Shown: positions 50,999 through 62,982 of the stretch, one piece after another | Layout of the letters: every line of letters begins with the position of its first letter | How positions within the stretch are numbered: the stretch's first letter is position 1 | Assembly: GCA_963776725.1 (NCBI GenBank) | Contig: CAVZOE010000018.1 | Location: 443,474 to 507,473 of the forward strand | DNA: 64,000 nt | Source: an uncultured Candidatus Rokubacteria bacterium | GTDB taxonomy: Bacteria; Methylomirabilota; Methylomirabilia; Rokubacteriales; CSP1-6 | Direction: 5' to 3' | Translations under genes and position numbers: made by a program | The notes under the pieces: generated by a model | Seen by the model: only the letters and a program-made list of their open reading frames with translations | Databases searched by the model: none | Told to the model about the DNA's origin: nothing

Positions 50999-52854
50999 TT
51001 ACTGAAAGATCCGGTCGTAGCGGCCGTACTCGTGCGCCGCATCCATGAACCACTTCACGATCTCGGGATCCGACTTCGGCGGAATCTCGCAGGACGTCGA
51101 CAGGATGAACCCCGACTGGCGGGCCGCGGCGTCGACGCAGCGCTTGACGTCGTCGTACATCGCCGCGCGGCTGACGTCTTCTCGAACTTGGTCGCGTCCA
51201 CGTTGCCGATGGCCACCGCCCGTCCCTTGGCGACCTCCACGAACCGCGCCAGCTGGTCCACGTAGAGCTTGGGATCGGACTGCTGGTCGAGGTCGAAGGA
51301 CACGCGTCGTGAAGCCGCAGTTGATCAGGTCCTCGAAGATCGGATAGGTGGTGCCGCAGATGTGGGTGGTGACCCCGACCTTCTTGGCCTTGAAGTACTC
51401 GACGAGCTCCTTGTGGTACGGGCGCGATGAACTCGCGATAGTTGTCGGGCGAGATCAGGCTGATCGAGGCCGTCGGCTCGGAGAAGCTGAGCCCGATGCC
51501 CGGTCTTGACGATGGCGTCGCCCCAGATCTTGGAGAAGTCGGTGGCCACCCGCATGACGTCGTGGATGAACTGCGGGTCCTCGAAGGTGTCGAGCAGCAT
51601 CGTCTCGGGATTGCGCAGGAGCATGGCGATCGTCCACGGCCCCACCGCGACCGCGCCGATGGCCGTCGGCGGCTTGGCCTTCACCAGCGCCTCGCACTGC
51701 TCGAGGAAGCCGGGCAGGCGTCCGGTCTTGTACGGGATCGGGCATGGGCAGCCGGGCCAGAAGCGACTTGTCCTCGTGCAGCACGTGCGCGTCGATCGAG
51801 GGGACGACGTAGTCGGAGTACTTCACGCGGCAGCCGAAGGCCTCCGCCTCCTTGGCCAGGTCGTTGTAGGCGAGCACCACGTCGGGCTGGTAGCGCTCGT
51901 AGTAGTTCATCATCGCGGTGATGGCGCGCGTCGGGTTCGTGCAGTACTCCTCGATCGACAGCCCGTCGAGCGTGCCGGCGAAGGAGGCCACGATCGGATA
52001 GACCGGCACCCGGTCGGCGAACGAGCGCTTGTAGGCCGCCACCACCCGGTCGCGGTTGCTGTAGCTGGCCTTGCCCTTCTCGGTGTCCCAGAGGCGATTG
52101 GCCTCCATGTACTTCGGCGGCATCTTGGCCTCGTACTCCATGAACTGGGTGATGGGATAGCGGATGCCGCCGTTGTGGGTGCCGCGCAGCCCCTCGATGA
52201 TCTCGTCCATCTGGCCCCACGGGAATGGTGAAGGCCATCTCGTGGTCCTGGGTCTGGCCGAAGATGCGGTCGCCCGAGCAGGGGAGGATCACCTGGGGCT
52301 GATCGGTGCGCATGGTGGTCACGATGATCTCGGAGCAGTCGATGCGACCGCCGAACGACGAGGCCAGCTTGCCGCCCCGCTTCCACAGCGCCGCCTGCGT
52401 GAGGCGCATCACCTGGGCCGGATTGGCATAGATGCACACCAGGTGCGGGCTCGAAGGTGGTGCGGTCCAGCGGCGCTACCAGCAGCGCGTGATACTCGCC
52501 CGGCGCGAATCGGTCGACCGCGGCCTCGGAGCGCTGGCCGGCCTCCTTGGTCTCCGTGTACATCCCCTCGCACAGGGTGCCGGAGGCGTGCAGGTGCGTC
52601 GGCTTCTCGAAGCCGAGGGCCGCGATGCCGAGCGAGCAGATGTGGTCCTCGCGGGTGAGCGCGATCATCCAGCCGTAGCGCCGGGCCATGTCGATGACCT
52701 GACAGTTCATCGAGAGCTTCTTGAAGTCGCGCGCCGGGCGCTTGGCCCGCTCGGGGATGGGCTCACCGGGCCGGAGCATCCGGATGGCGACCGGGAAGGT
52801 CTGAGGGCGAATGTACGTCTGAAGTTCCCGATCGGCCGTCTTCACATCCACCAT
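50999..52854 (-). pseudogene. DUF169-like region continuous with a URO-D/MtaA-family methyltransferase-like region, disrupted by about 7 indels
   Basis: GGAGGG lies before ATG 52854 (MVDVKTADRELQTYIRPQTFPVAI...). The homologous reading runs through frames 0,2,1,0,2,1,0,1 with breaks near 52447, 52226, 51747, 51497, 51422, 51307 and 51180. It ends ...ILSTSCEIPPKSDPEIVKWFMDAAHEYGRYDRIFQ*. Confidence 0.7.
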
Positions 52855-53088
52855 GCGTCGTCCCTCCAGGGATGCGCGATCGAGCCGTAGTCTACCAGGG
52901 TGATAGGTACGCGGAGTACCACACCCTCGCACGGCAGGTACCACTGTGAGGTACGCGGGTTCCGCCTTGCCGCCGTCGTGCCGAACCGTCGTTGCGCCTC
53001 GAATCGGTCGAGAGATGAACGCTCTGGCGCGATTGCAGCGAAAGCCGGTGTGTGCGGACAGGCGGAAGACTATCGCTTGACGAAAGGT

Positions 53089-53845
53089 ATGACGTTTGCG
53101 ATAGAGCATGCCATGCGGCGCTGGCTGATCTTCGTGCTCGGCATCATCGTCGGCCAGTGGCTCGCCTTCGGGGCGATGGAGTCACCCGCCGGCTACCACG
53201 TCCGCGCCCAGCAGGCCTGGGAGCATCGTGACTACCTGGGGGCCATGCGGCTGTGGAGCCACGCGGTCTCGCTTCAGCCGGGTGACCCGACCTTCCAGTA
53301 CTTCCGGGGCACCGCGCTGGCCCGCCTGGGGCTCAGGCTGTCGGCCATCGACGCCTTCCAGGTGGCCCTGCTGCTCGACCCTTCCCCGGCGCTGACCCGC
53401 CAGGTCTTCGACGAGCTCAGCCGACTCAACCGGCCGGCCGGGATGACCGCTCAGGAGACCAGCGTGCCACTCGAGCACGGGTTGGGGGTCTGGATCGCCC
53501 CGGTCACGGTCAACGAGACCCACACGGGACGCTTCCTGGTCGATACGGGGTCGAGCGTCACGGTGCTGTCGCCGGGGCTGGCCGCCCTGGTCGGGCATCA
53601 TCGGCGGACGGGACGGCAGCTCGCCCGTGGAGCTCATGACCCTGGGCGGCAAGACGGCCGGGCCCTCGGCGACGGCGGCCTCGCTGCGGGTCGGGGACCA
53701 GGAGATGCGCGACGCGCCGGTGATCCTCCACGAGCCTGGCTCGGGACTGGATGGCATCCTCGGCAACACGTTCTTGAGCCGGTACCGCGTGACGGTCGAC
53801 GCCGATCGCCGCCTGCTGGTTCTCCGCCAACTCGTCGGCGAATAA
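53089..53845 (+). CDS. membrane-anchored TPR + retropepsin-like aspartic protease, frame interrupted near 53594
   Basis: TM helix WLIFVLGIIVGQWLAFGA and a TPR-like segment, followed by FLVDTGSSVTVL (DTG). The continuation IIGGRDGSSPVELMTLGG...GILGNTFLSRYRVTVD is in the +1 frame. Confidence 0.7.
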
Positions 53846-53911
53846 CCCCGACCTCCCCGGCCGCCGGGGGTAGAATACCGCCCACTTTCGGTCGCCCACG
53901 GGGGAGGCTCC

Positions 53912-55338
<1,427 letters not shown>

Positions 55339-55355
55339 CCGGGAGCCGAGACACC

Positions 55356-57306
55356 ATGGCCCAGTCCAAGAGCGCCACCACCGCGCCGATCGAGGCGCTC
55401 CTGCGGGAGAAGCGGAAGTTTCCGCCGCCCAAGAATTTCGTCAAGCGCGCGCTGGTCAGCAAGGCCTCGGTGTACACGGAGGCCGCTCGCAACCCCGTGC
55501 GCTTCTGGGAAGCGCGGGCGCGCGAGCTCACGTGGTTCAAGCCGTGGAAGAAGGCCCTCCAGTGGAAGCCGCCGTACGCGAAGTGGTTCGTCGGCGGCAA
55601 GCTGAACGTCTCCTACAACTGCCTCGACCGCCACGTCGCCACCTCCCGCCGCACCAAGGCCGCGCTGATCTGGGAGGGCGAGCCCGGCGACACCCGCACG
55701 CTGACGTACTGGGATCTCTATCGCGAGGTGCAGCGCTTCGCCGCTGCACTGAAGCGTCACGGCGTTCGCAAGGGCGACCGCATCACGATCTACATGCCGA
55801 TGGTCCCCGAGGTCGCCATCGCCATGCTGGCCTGCACGCGGATCGGCGCCGCCCACAGCGTGATCTTCGGCGGCTTCTCGCCGGAGTCCGTGCGCGACCG
55901 GATTCACGACGCGGACTCCAAGCTGGTCATCACCGCCGACGGCGGCTGGCGGCGCGGGACGATCGTGCCGCTCAAGAAGAACACCGACGAGGCGCTCAAG
56001 GAGTGTCCCGACGTCGCGACCGTCATCGTGCTCAAGCGCACCGGCCAGGCGATCGACATGCAAGCCGGTCGCGACATCTGGTGGGACGAGTTCGTGAAGG
56101 GCGCCGAGGCCAAGTGCCCGGCCGAGCCGATGGACTCCGAGGACCTGCTGTACCTGCTCTACACCTCCGGCTCCACCGGCAAGCCCAAGGGCATCATCCA
56201 CACGACGGGCGGCTATCTCACCGGCATCGCCGCGACGCACAAGTGGGTCTTCGACCTCCACGAGGACGACGTCTACTGGTGCACCGCCGACGTCGGCTGG
56301 GTGACCGGTCACTCCTATGTCGTCTACGGTCCGCTGGCCAACGGCGCCACGACCGTGATGTACGAGGGCACGCCGGACTTCCCCGACAAGGACCGGTTCT
56401 GGCGGATCGATCGAGAAGCACGGCATCACCATCTGCTACACCGCGCCGACCGCGATCCGCACCTTCATGCGCTGGGGCGATCAGTACCCCAACCGCTGCG
56501 ACCTCTCGAGCCTGCGGCTGCTCGGCTCCGTCGGCGAGCCGATCAACCCGGAGGCGTGGGTCTGGTACTGGAAGGTGATCGGCGGCGGCCGCTGCCCGGT
56601 CGTCGACACGTGGTGGCAGACCGAGACCGGCAACATCCTCATCACGCCGCTGCCCGGCGTCACCGTGCTCAAGCCGGGCTCGGCGACCAGGCCGTTTCCC
56701 GGGATCGACGCCGAGGTGCTCGACGAGGCGGGCAAGCCCGCCAAGTCCGGCTACCTGGTCCTCCGCAAGCCGTGGCCGGGCATGCTGCGCGGCATCTGGG
56801 GCGATCCCGATCGCTTCGTGAAGCAGTACTGGTCGAAGTACGACAACATCTACTTCACCGGCGACGGCGCCAAGCGCGACGAGGACGGCTACTTCTGGCT
56901 GCTCGGCCGGGTCGATGACGTCATGAACGTCTCCGGCCATCGGGTCTCCACGATGGAAGTCGAATCGGCGCTGGTCGACCACAAGTCGGTCGCCGAGGCG
57001 GCCGTCATCGGCAAGCCGCACGAGATCAAGGGACAGGCGATCGCGGCCTTCGTCACCATCAAGACCGGCGTGGACGGCACACCCGCCCTGATGGACGAGC
57101 TCAAGCAGCACGTGTCCAAGAAGATCGGCGCGCTGGCCCGGCCCGACGACATCATCTTCTCGGCCGAGCTGCCCAAGACCCGCTCCGGCAAGATCATGCG
57201 CCGGCTGCTTCGTGACATCGCCGAAGGACGCGCGCTGGGCGATACGACCACGCTGGCCGACCCCGCGGTCGTCTCGGCCCTGAAGAAGCAGTACGAAGAG
57301 GAGTAG
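55356..57306 (+). CDS. acs: acetyl-CoA synthetase, frame interrupted near 56409
   Basis: [14 protein letters not shown]-binding motif. After DKDRFWRI the sequence [23 protein letters not shown]... continues in the +1 frame to TAG 57304-57306. Confidence 0.92.
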
Positions 57307-57341
57307 CCCGACCACACTGCCACTCGCCCCGTGAGCTCGCT

Positions 57342-57370
57342 CCCCGGGCGCCGGTCGCCGGCGCCCGGGG
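57342..57370 (+). terminator. 13-bp perfect GC hairpin CCCCGGGCGCCGG-TCG-CCGGCGCCCGGGG after acs
   Basis: Starts 36 nt after the acs stop. No U-tract. Confidence 0.5.
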
Positions 57371-57747
57371 CAACCGCCGCCCTCTCAGCCCCTCAGGATC
57401 CGCCCCACCGCGGACGGACCAGCTGACCCAGCCGGAAGCCCAGGACCCAGCAGGCCTCTGCCGGCATCTCAACCGGCGCTGAACAGGACGGTCGGCAGTT
57501 CCGTCTGTGAAGAGGACGATGGTGAGCGAGGAACGAAGCCAGGAGGCGGTGGGTTTGACGAAAAATGTCATTCGTCGGCTCGTTTGTGACCATTTGCCGG
57601 GCAATGTGCCCGGGCAGAATGAGGCCGGTAGCCGCCTGTACAGGCGAGAGCCCCTTTATTTTCCAGTGAATTAAGAGATCCCTCGGGCCGTCACAGGCTC
57701 GGCACACCCGTTGCACTCGGTGGGCGGCCCGAGACCAGGAGGACACC

Positions 57748-58150
57748 ATGGACGCGATTCGGAATCGGCTGGAGCAGGATCTGAAAGTGGCGGTGAGCCG
57801 GCTGCGCCAGCTGGGTGGAGTGAAGGCGCTCGAGGACTTGCTCGGTCCCAGCGGAGAGCACTGGTCGTACGCCGACGAGGTGGACGAGATCCAGGCCAAC
57901 GAGCGGCGTGAGATCGGCTTCGCGACCCGCGAGCTCCTCGTCGAGCGCGTGAACCGTCTCGCGGCGGCCATCGAGCGGCTGGACGACGGTGACTACGGCG
58001 TCGTGCGTGGAGTGCAACGAGGCCATCGCGCCGGCGCGTCTGCGGGTCATGCCGGAAGTCCAGACCTGCGTGCGGTGCCAGGATCGCCTCGAGCGGGCCG
58101 AGCGTCACCTCGAAGCCGTCGAGGTGGGCGCCGAGACCGAGGACGACTGA
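57748..58150 (+). CDS. DksA/TraR-family C4 zinc-finger protein, frame interrupted near 58002
   Basis: AGGAGG lies before the ATG and the N-terminus is coiled-coil-like. After LDDGDYGV the zinc finger CVECNEAIAPARLRVMPEVQTCVRCQ continues in the +1 frame to TGA 58148-58150. Confidence 0.8.
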
Positions 58151-58168
58151 GCCGATTCCGAAGCGGTG

Positions 58169-58200
58169 CAGGGCCGGGCAGCAGCCCGGCCCTGTTTTTT
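58169..58200 (+). terminator. rho-independent terminator
   Basis: CAGGGCCGGGC-AGCA-GCCCGGCCCTG followed by TTTTTT. Confidence 0.85.
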
Positions 58201-58214
58201 GTAGTCTAGGGGGC

Positions 58215-58889
58215 GTGCCGCGCTCCCGGACTCCCGTCATCGACCTGCTTCGCCCCGGCATCCACGCCCTGTCCCGGGCGTACTTCGGGCTCGTCCTTCA
58301 CGGTCGCGAGCACATCCCCCGCAAGGGACCGCTGCTCATCACGCCGAACCACCAGACCTTCGCCGATCCGCCGCTGGTCTCGATCCCGTTCCGGCGGCCC
58401 ATCTACTACATGGCCTGGAACCGGCTCTTCAGCGTGCCGGTCTTCGGCGGCATCATCCGACGCCTGCGCGCGTTTCCGGTCGACATCTATGGACGCGACG
58501 CCCGGGCCACGCGCGAAGCCGTCCGCCTGCTCAAGGCCGAGGCCGCGCTGATGATCTTTCCGGAGGGCGAACGCTCGACCGACGGCCGCGTGCAGCGCTT
58601 CAAGCTGGGTGCTTTCCGGCTGGCCGTGTCGCTGGGCGTCCCGGTGCTGCCGGTCACGATCGCGGGCGGCGATCGCGCCTGGCCGCCGGGTCGCGCCTTT
58701 CCGCGTCCGGGCCGCATCACGATCACCTATCACCCGGCGCTGCTCGCCGACTCGACGCTCGACGAGCGCACCGCCGCGCGTGACCTCGCCCGGCGCGCCC
58801 GCACCAGCATCCTCAGCGCCATGCCGCACCCGCACAATCACGACCGGCCTCGACACGACGAGGCCGCGACGGGTCACGACGACGTCTGA
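58215..58889 (+). CDS. plsC: 1-acyl-sn-glycerol-3-phosphate acyltransferase
   Basis: NHQTFAD (HX4D) and FPEGERS motifs. Confidence 0.85.
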   Translation: MPRSRTPVIDLLRPGIHALSRAYFGLVLHGREHIPRKGPLLITPNHQTFADPPLVSIPFRRPIYYMAWNRLFSVPVFGGIIRRLRAFPVDIYGRDARATREAVRLLKAEAALMIFPEGERSTDGRVQRFKLGAFRLAVSLGVPVLPVTIAGGDRAWPPGRAFPRPGRITITYHPALLADSTLDERTAARDLARRARTSILSAMPHPHNHDRPRHDEAATGHDDV

Positions 58890-58910
58890 TCGGAACCGAG
58901 GGCCGCGGCG

Positions 58911-60106
58911 CTAGCCTCCGCGCTCCTCGACGACGTAGCCTGCCGACTCGAGACGAGTCTTGAGGTCGTCGATCTGCTGGCGTCCGGAGGTCTCGAGCGT
59001 CAGCGCGACCTCGCTGGACCCGATGGACTGACGTGAGAACGCCCGGTCGTGCTCGATCTGCAGGATGTTCACGCGCTCCTCGCCGATGAGGGCGGTGAGG
59101 CGCGCCAGGGCGCCGGGCCGATCCTGAAGGACGACGCCGAGCCGCACGAGCCGGCCGTCCTTGACCAGGCCACGCGTCGATGATGCGCGCGACCATCGTC
59201 ACGTCGATGTTGCCGCCGGACAGCACCAGCGCCACGCGGCGGCCGGCGAGCCCCAGCGAGCGGTTCAGGAGCGCGGCGAGCGGGGCCGCGCCCGCGCCCT
59301 CGACCACCGTCTTCTCGATCTCGAGCAGGAGCAGGATCGCGTTCGCCAGCTCCTCCTCGGTCACCGTGACGACCTCGTCGACGTACTTCAGCGCGAGGTC
59401 GAAGGTGACCTCGCCGACCCGGCGCACGGCGATGCCGTCGGCGATCGTCGGCGCCGGCTGGAACGCGGACGCGCTCCCGCGCCTGCAGCGAGCGCTGCAT
59501 CGCCGGCATCGCGGCGGCCTCGACGCCGATCACGCGGACCGCCGGCCGGCGGGCCTTGATCGCCAGCGCGACGCCGGCGATCAGTCCGCCGCCGCCCACC
59601 GGGACCACCACGGCCTCGAGATCGTCCACCTGGGCGAGCAGCTCGAGCCCCAGCGTGCCCTGGCCGGCCACCACGCGGGCGTCGTCGAACGGGTGGACGA
59701 AGACGGCGCCGGAGGCCTGCTCGACCGCGCGGGCGCGCTCGTACGCCTCGTCGTAGTTCGCGCCGTGGAGAATGACCTCGGCGCCGTAGCGGCGGGCGGA
59801 GGTGACCTTGATGAGCGGGGCGTAGGTGGGCATGACGATCGTGGCCGGGATGCCGAGGCGCGCGGCGTGGAAGGCCACCGCGAGGCCGTGGTTGCCGGCG
59901 CTCGCCGCCACCACGCCGCGGCGACGCTCGGCGTCGTCGAGCTGGAGCAGGAGGTTGGCGGCGCCGCGCTCCTTGAACGAGCCGGTCATCTGGAGGTTCT
60001 CGAGCTTGAGGTGACACGCGCTGCCGCTCAGCTCGGAGAGCGTGTGCGAGTACGGGCAGGGGGTCTCGTAGATCGCGCCGCGGAGCCGTTGGCGCGCGGC
60101 CTCCAC
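58911..60106 (-). CDS. threonine ammonia-lyase (threonine dehydratase) with C-terminal ACT-like domain; two frame breaks (~59479, ~59175); start uncertain
   Basis: SFKERGA (PLP Lys) and GGGGLIAG are present. The segments ...MQRSLQA / [26 protein letters not shown]...[12 protein letters not shown] / [23 protein letters not shown]... lie in three successive frames. Confidence 0.85.
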
Positions 60107-60142
60107 GGCGGCGACGTCGAGGGGCGGCGGCGAGCGTCACGC

Positions 60143-61045
60143 CTAGAACGGCACCCGGGGCTCGTCGAGGGCCGGCGACATCCAGCCGACGGGCATCAGC
60201 ACCGTCGAGGACGCGAAGCCGACACGGCCGCGCCAGTCGACGAGGATCAATCCGCCCTCGCCGCGGCCCTCCTCGACGAGCAGATCGACGGCGACCTTGG
60301 CCGCGTAGTCGGGGTCGTCCGCCTCCTTGAGGAAGTCCAGCGTGCGCCGGGCCAGCACGACGCGGATGATGGCCTCGCCGCTGCCCGTGCACGAGACCGC
60401 GCCCAGCGTGCTGTCCGCGTAGGTGCCACACCCGATGAGGGCGCTGTCGCCCACGCGGCCCGGCCGCTTGCCGACCATGCCGCCGGTGGACGTGCCCGCC
60501 GCCACCGTGCCGTGACGATCGAGCGCGACGGCGCCGACCGTGCCGCGACTGCCGGCGCTGGCCGTGCCCAGGCGGGCCCGCTGCCGCTCGGTGACGAGCG
60601 AGGCCGGCTCGCACTGGGGCACGCCGGTGTCCCGCGCGAACGCGTGCGCGCCTTCGCCGACCATGAGCACGTGCCGCCCGTCGTCGAGCACGCGGCGCGC
60701 CAGCGTGATCGGATTCGGCGTGCGACTGATCGACGCGACGGCGCCGCAGGCCAGGCGATCGCCTTCCATGATCGAGGCGTCCATCTCGACCGTGCCGGCC
60801 TCGGTGAGCACCGAGCCGCGGCCGGCGTTGAAGCGGGGATGGTCCTCGAGCACGCGGACGGCGGCCTCGACGGCATCGAGGGCCCGTCCGTCCGCCGCCA
60901 GCACGCGCCAGCCCGCGCGAACCGCCGCCCGCACGCCGTCGCGGAGCTCCTCGAGCCCCTCGTCCGGGTTGGCGCCCGCCCCGCCGTGGACGATCAGCGT
61001 CGGGACACGGGCGACGCGATCGCGCGTTGGAGTCATGGGCACCAC
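60143..61045 (-). CDS. isoaspartyl peptidase / L-asparaginase (Ntn hydrolase)
   Basis: HGGAG, FNAGRGS, GTVGAVALD (Thr nucleophile) and TSTGG motifs. The start is GTG 61045 or ATG 61036. Confidence 0.88.
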   Translation of the reverse strand: MVPMTPTRDRVARVPTLIVHGGAGANPDEGLEELRDGVRAAVRAGWRVLAADGRALDAVEAAVRVLEDHPRFNAGRGSVLTEAGTVEMDASIMEGDRLACGAVASISRTPNPITLARRVLDDGRHVLMVGEGAHAFARDTGVPQCEPASLVTERQRARLGTASAGSRGTVGAVALDRHGTVAAGTSTGGMVGKRPGRVGDSALIGCGTYADSTLGAVSCTGSGEAIIRVVLARRTLDFLKEADDPDYAAKVAVDLLVEEGRGEGGLILVDWRGRVGFASSTVLMPVGWMSPALDEPRVPF

Positions 61046-61777
61046 CGTGTCACAATCTCCATGGATTGCAAGAACGAAGCGCGCTGGACCGGCTGGCCAC
61101 CCGCATCGTCCGTTGCCGCGCGTGCCCGCGGCTCGTCGCTCACCGCGAAGCGGTCGCGGTCAAGCCGCCGCCGCGCTACGCCGGCCAGCGCTACTGGGCG
61201 CGCCCGCTGCCGGGATTCGGCGATCCCCGGGCGCGGCTGCTGCTGGTCGGGCTCGCGCCCGCCGCGCACGGAGGCAATCGCACCGGCCGGATGTTCACGG
61301 GTGACCGCAGCGGCGACTGGCTCTTCGACGCGCTCCATCACGCGGGCTTCGCGAGCCAGCCGACGTCCGTGCACCGCGACGACGGCCTGCGCCTGCGCGA
61401 CGCCTACATCACGGCCACCATCCGGTGCGCGCCGCCGGCCAACAAGCCGTTGCCCTCCGAGACCGAGCGCTGCGAGCCCTATCTGCTGGAAGAGCTGCGG
61501 CGCCTGGATCGCACGCGGGTCGTCGTGGCCCTCGGCCAGATCGGCTGGCGCGGATATCTACGAGCGCGCAAGCGCCTGACGCTGCCGCCGCCGAGCACGA
61601 CGCCGCGCTTCGGACATGGTGTCGATGACCGCGTTTGCCGACGGGGTGACGCTCCTGGCCTCCTACCATCCGAGCCAGCAGAACACCTTCACCGGCAAGC
61701 TCACACAGTCCATGCTGCGCGGGATCTTCGAGCGCGCCCGCGACCTGCTGAGCGCGCCGATCGGTGCGGCACGATGA
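61027..61777 (+). CDS. uracil-DNA glycosylase, family 4/5 type, frame interrupted near 61622; start uncertain (TTG 61027 or 61066)
   Basis: CRACPRL and [19 protein letters not shown] are present. After RFGHG the tail [27 protein letters not shown]... continues in the +1 frame to TGA 61775-61777. Confidence 0.8.
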
Positions 61778-62373
61778 CCGACCATCCGCCGGCGACCGAG
61801 GTCAGCCGCCTGGTGGCCTGCCGCGCCTGCGGCAACCGGGTGGCGCGCACGGCCCGCCGCTGCCCGGCCTGTGGCTCGCCGGATCCCACCGCCGACAGCC
61901 CGGCCGAGCCGCGACCGCGCCAGCGACGGCCTCGCGGCGCGCCCGCGGATCGCGCCCGCCTTCTGGCGCGGCTCGTCGTCGTCGCCGCCGCGCTGGCCAT
62001 CGGTGTCCTGGTGGTGCTGATCGTCGTGCGCGTCTCGGGACGACGGGCGGAGCGGCCGCCCGCGGCGGAGGTGTCGCCGCCGGTGGTCGAGACGCCCGCG
62101 GTCGTCGAGACGCCGGCCGTCGTGCTGGCCGAGCCGCCAACGCCCGAGCCGTCCCGCTCACGCGGTCGGCGCGACTGGCCGTTCTTCTTCAAGCCCGGCG
62201 ACCGGCTGGCCCGGATGGGCGACGCCAAGCAACTGGGCTACATCATCAGCATGGTGAAGGACCACAAGTTCGGCGATGGGACGGTCGGGCCCGCCTACAT
62301 GCTGTGGACGCCCGCCGGCAAGGAGGAAGCCTTCGACGCCGACGAGCTGGAGCGCACCGCGAAGATGGAGTGA
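61774..62373 (+). CDS. hypothetical membrane protein with N-terminal zinc-ribbon
   Basis: ATGA overlap with the UDG stop. [19 protein letters not shown] is followed by one TM helix, a Pro-rich linker with a VVETPA x2 repeat, and a conserved-looking C-terminal domain. Confidence 0.6.
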   Translation: MTDHPPATEVSRLVACRACGNRVARTARRCPACGSPDPTADSPAEPRPRQRRPRGAPADRARLLARLVVVAAALAIGVLVVLIVVRVSGRRAERPPAAEVSPPVVETPAVVETPAVVLAEPPTPEPSRSRGRRDWPFFFKPGDRLARMGDAKQLGYIISMVKDHKFGDGTVGPAYMLWTPAGKEEAFDADELERTAKME

Positions 62374-62377
62374 TCGT

Positions 62378-62608
62378 CTAGTCTGGCGGTCGCTGGCGCA
62401 GCCGCTGGCGGAGCCGCTCGGCCACCTGCTCGGTCAGGCGATCGAGCACCCGATCGCCCCTGGCGAGTGGGACCACTCGCCGCGGCAATTCAGGGGACTG
62501 CCGGATCCTCGCGCAGCACGTCTCGCACGCCGACGGCCCCTGGACTGCGCAGTCCTCGTGGCAGAACCAGAGCGTTCGACAGTACACGCAGCGGTGCTGA
62601 TGTTCCAC
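62378..62608 (-). CDS. hypothetical Cys-rich small protein (weak call)
   Basis: GTG 62608. HRCVYCRTLWFCHEDCAVQGPSACETCCARI carries 7 Cys. The upstream part of the tracked ORF 62378..62872 merely reads through the inverted repeat. Confidence 0.3.
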   Translation of the reverse strand: MEHQHRCVYCRTLWFCHEDCAVQGPSACETCCARIRQSPELPRRVVPLARGDRVLDRLTEQVAERLRQRLRQRPPD

Positions 62609-62684
62609 GCGAGCGAGCCTAACACAACCCCGCTCATCGGCTGCCGAAACGCTCGCTCTCTGGCCTACGCGTTTGTCCGCTCGC

Positions 62685-62844
62685 CGGAGTTGGCGGGGTG
62701 GGCACCCAATGCTGTCTGGGGACCACGAGGTTGGGGGCCGATTCGAGCCGGCCTTGGCTGGGCTCCGCCTCGAGCGGGGCGTGCGGTGATGGGCGGCGGG
62801 AACGAGTCCCCAGACAGCATTGGGTGCCCACCCCGCCGACTCCG
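62685..62844. repeat. 160-nt element bounded by 38-nt near-perfect inverted repeats
   Basis: 62685-62722 CGGAGTTGGCGGGGTGGGCACCCAATGCTGTCTGGGGA versus the reverse complement of 62807-62844: 37 of 38 positions match. The interior is 84 nt. Confidence 0.9.
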
Positions 62845-62982
62845 GGGACCCGTACGGCGAGCGACCGCGCACACGCTAGGCGATGGCACCCCGGCCTTGA
62901 GCGGGTGCTCGCGGAGCAACCAGAGCTTGGGGCATCGGGCTCGGGCGGCTTGGGTCGGCGAGAGCTTCAGTGGGCGTGATTT

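Noticed and set aside
60107-60142. A longer N-terminus for threonine dehydratase starting at the GTG near 60139 ([19 protein letters not shown]), which would require yet another 1-nt insertion in a CCCC run.
   Set aside because: It is plausible but rests on about 11 low-information codons. GTG 60106 already gives an acceptable start, so I did not count it as a frame break.
62083-62118. An 18-bp tandem duplication encoding VVETPA twice in the zinc-ribbon membrane protein.
   Set aside because: It is real but trivial: an in-frame two-copy repeat within a Pro-rich linker, with no evidence of functional significance.
62685-62844. An insertion sequence or autonomous transposon defined by the 38-nt inverted repeats.
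   Set aside because: The 84-nt interior cannot encode a transposase, and no flanking direct duplication is visible. The overlapping ORFs on both strands are mirror images created by the repeat itself. At most it is a non-autonomous or REP-like element.
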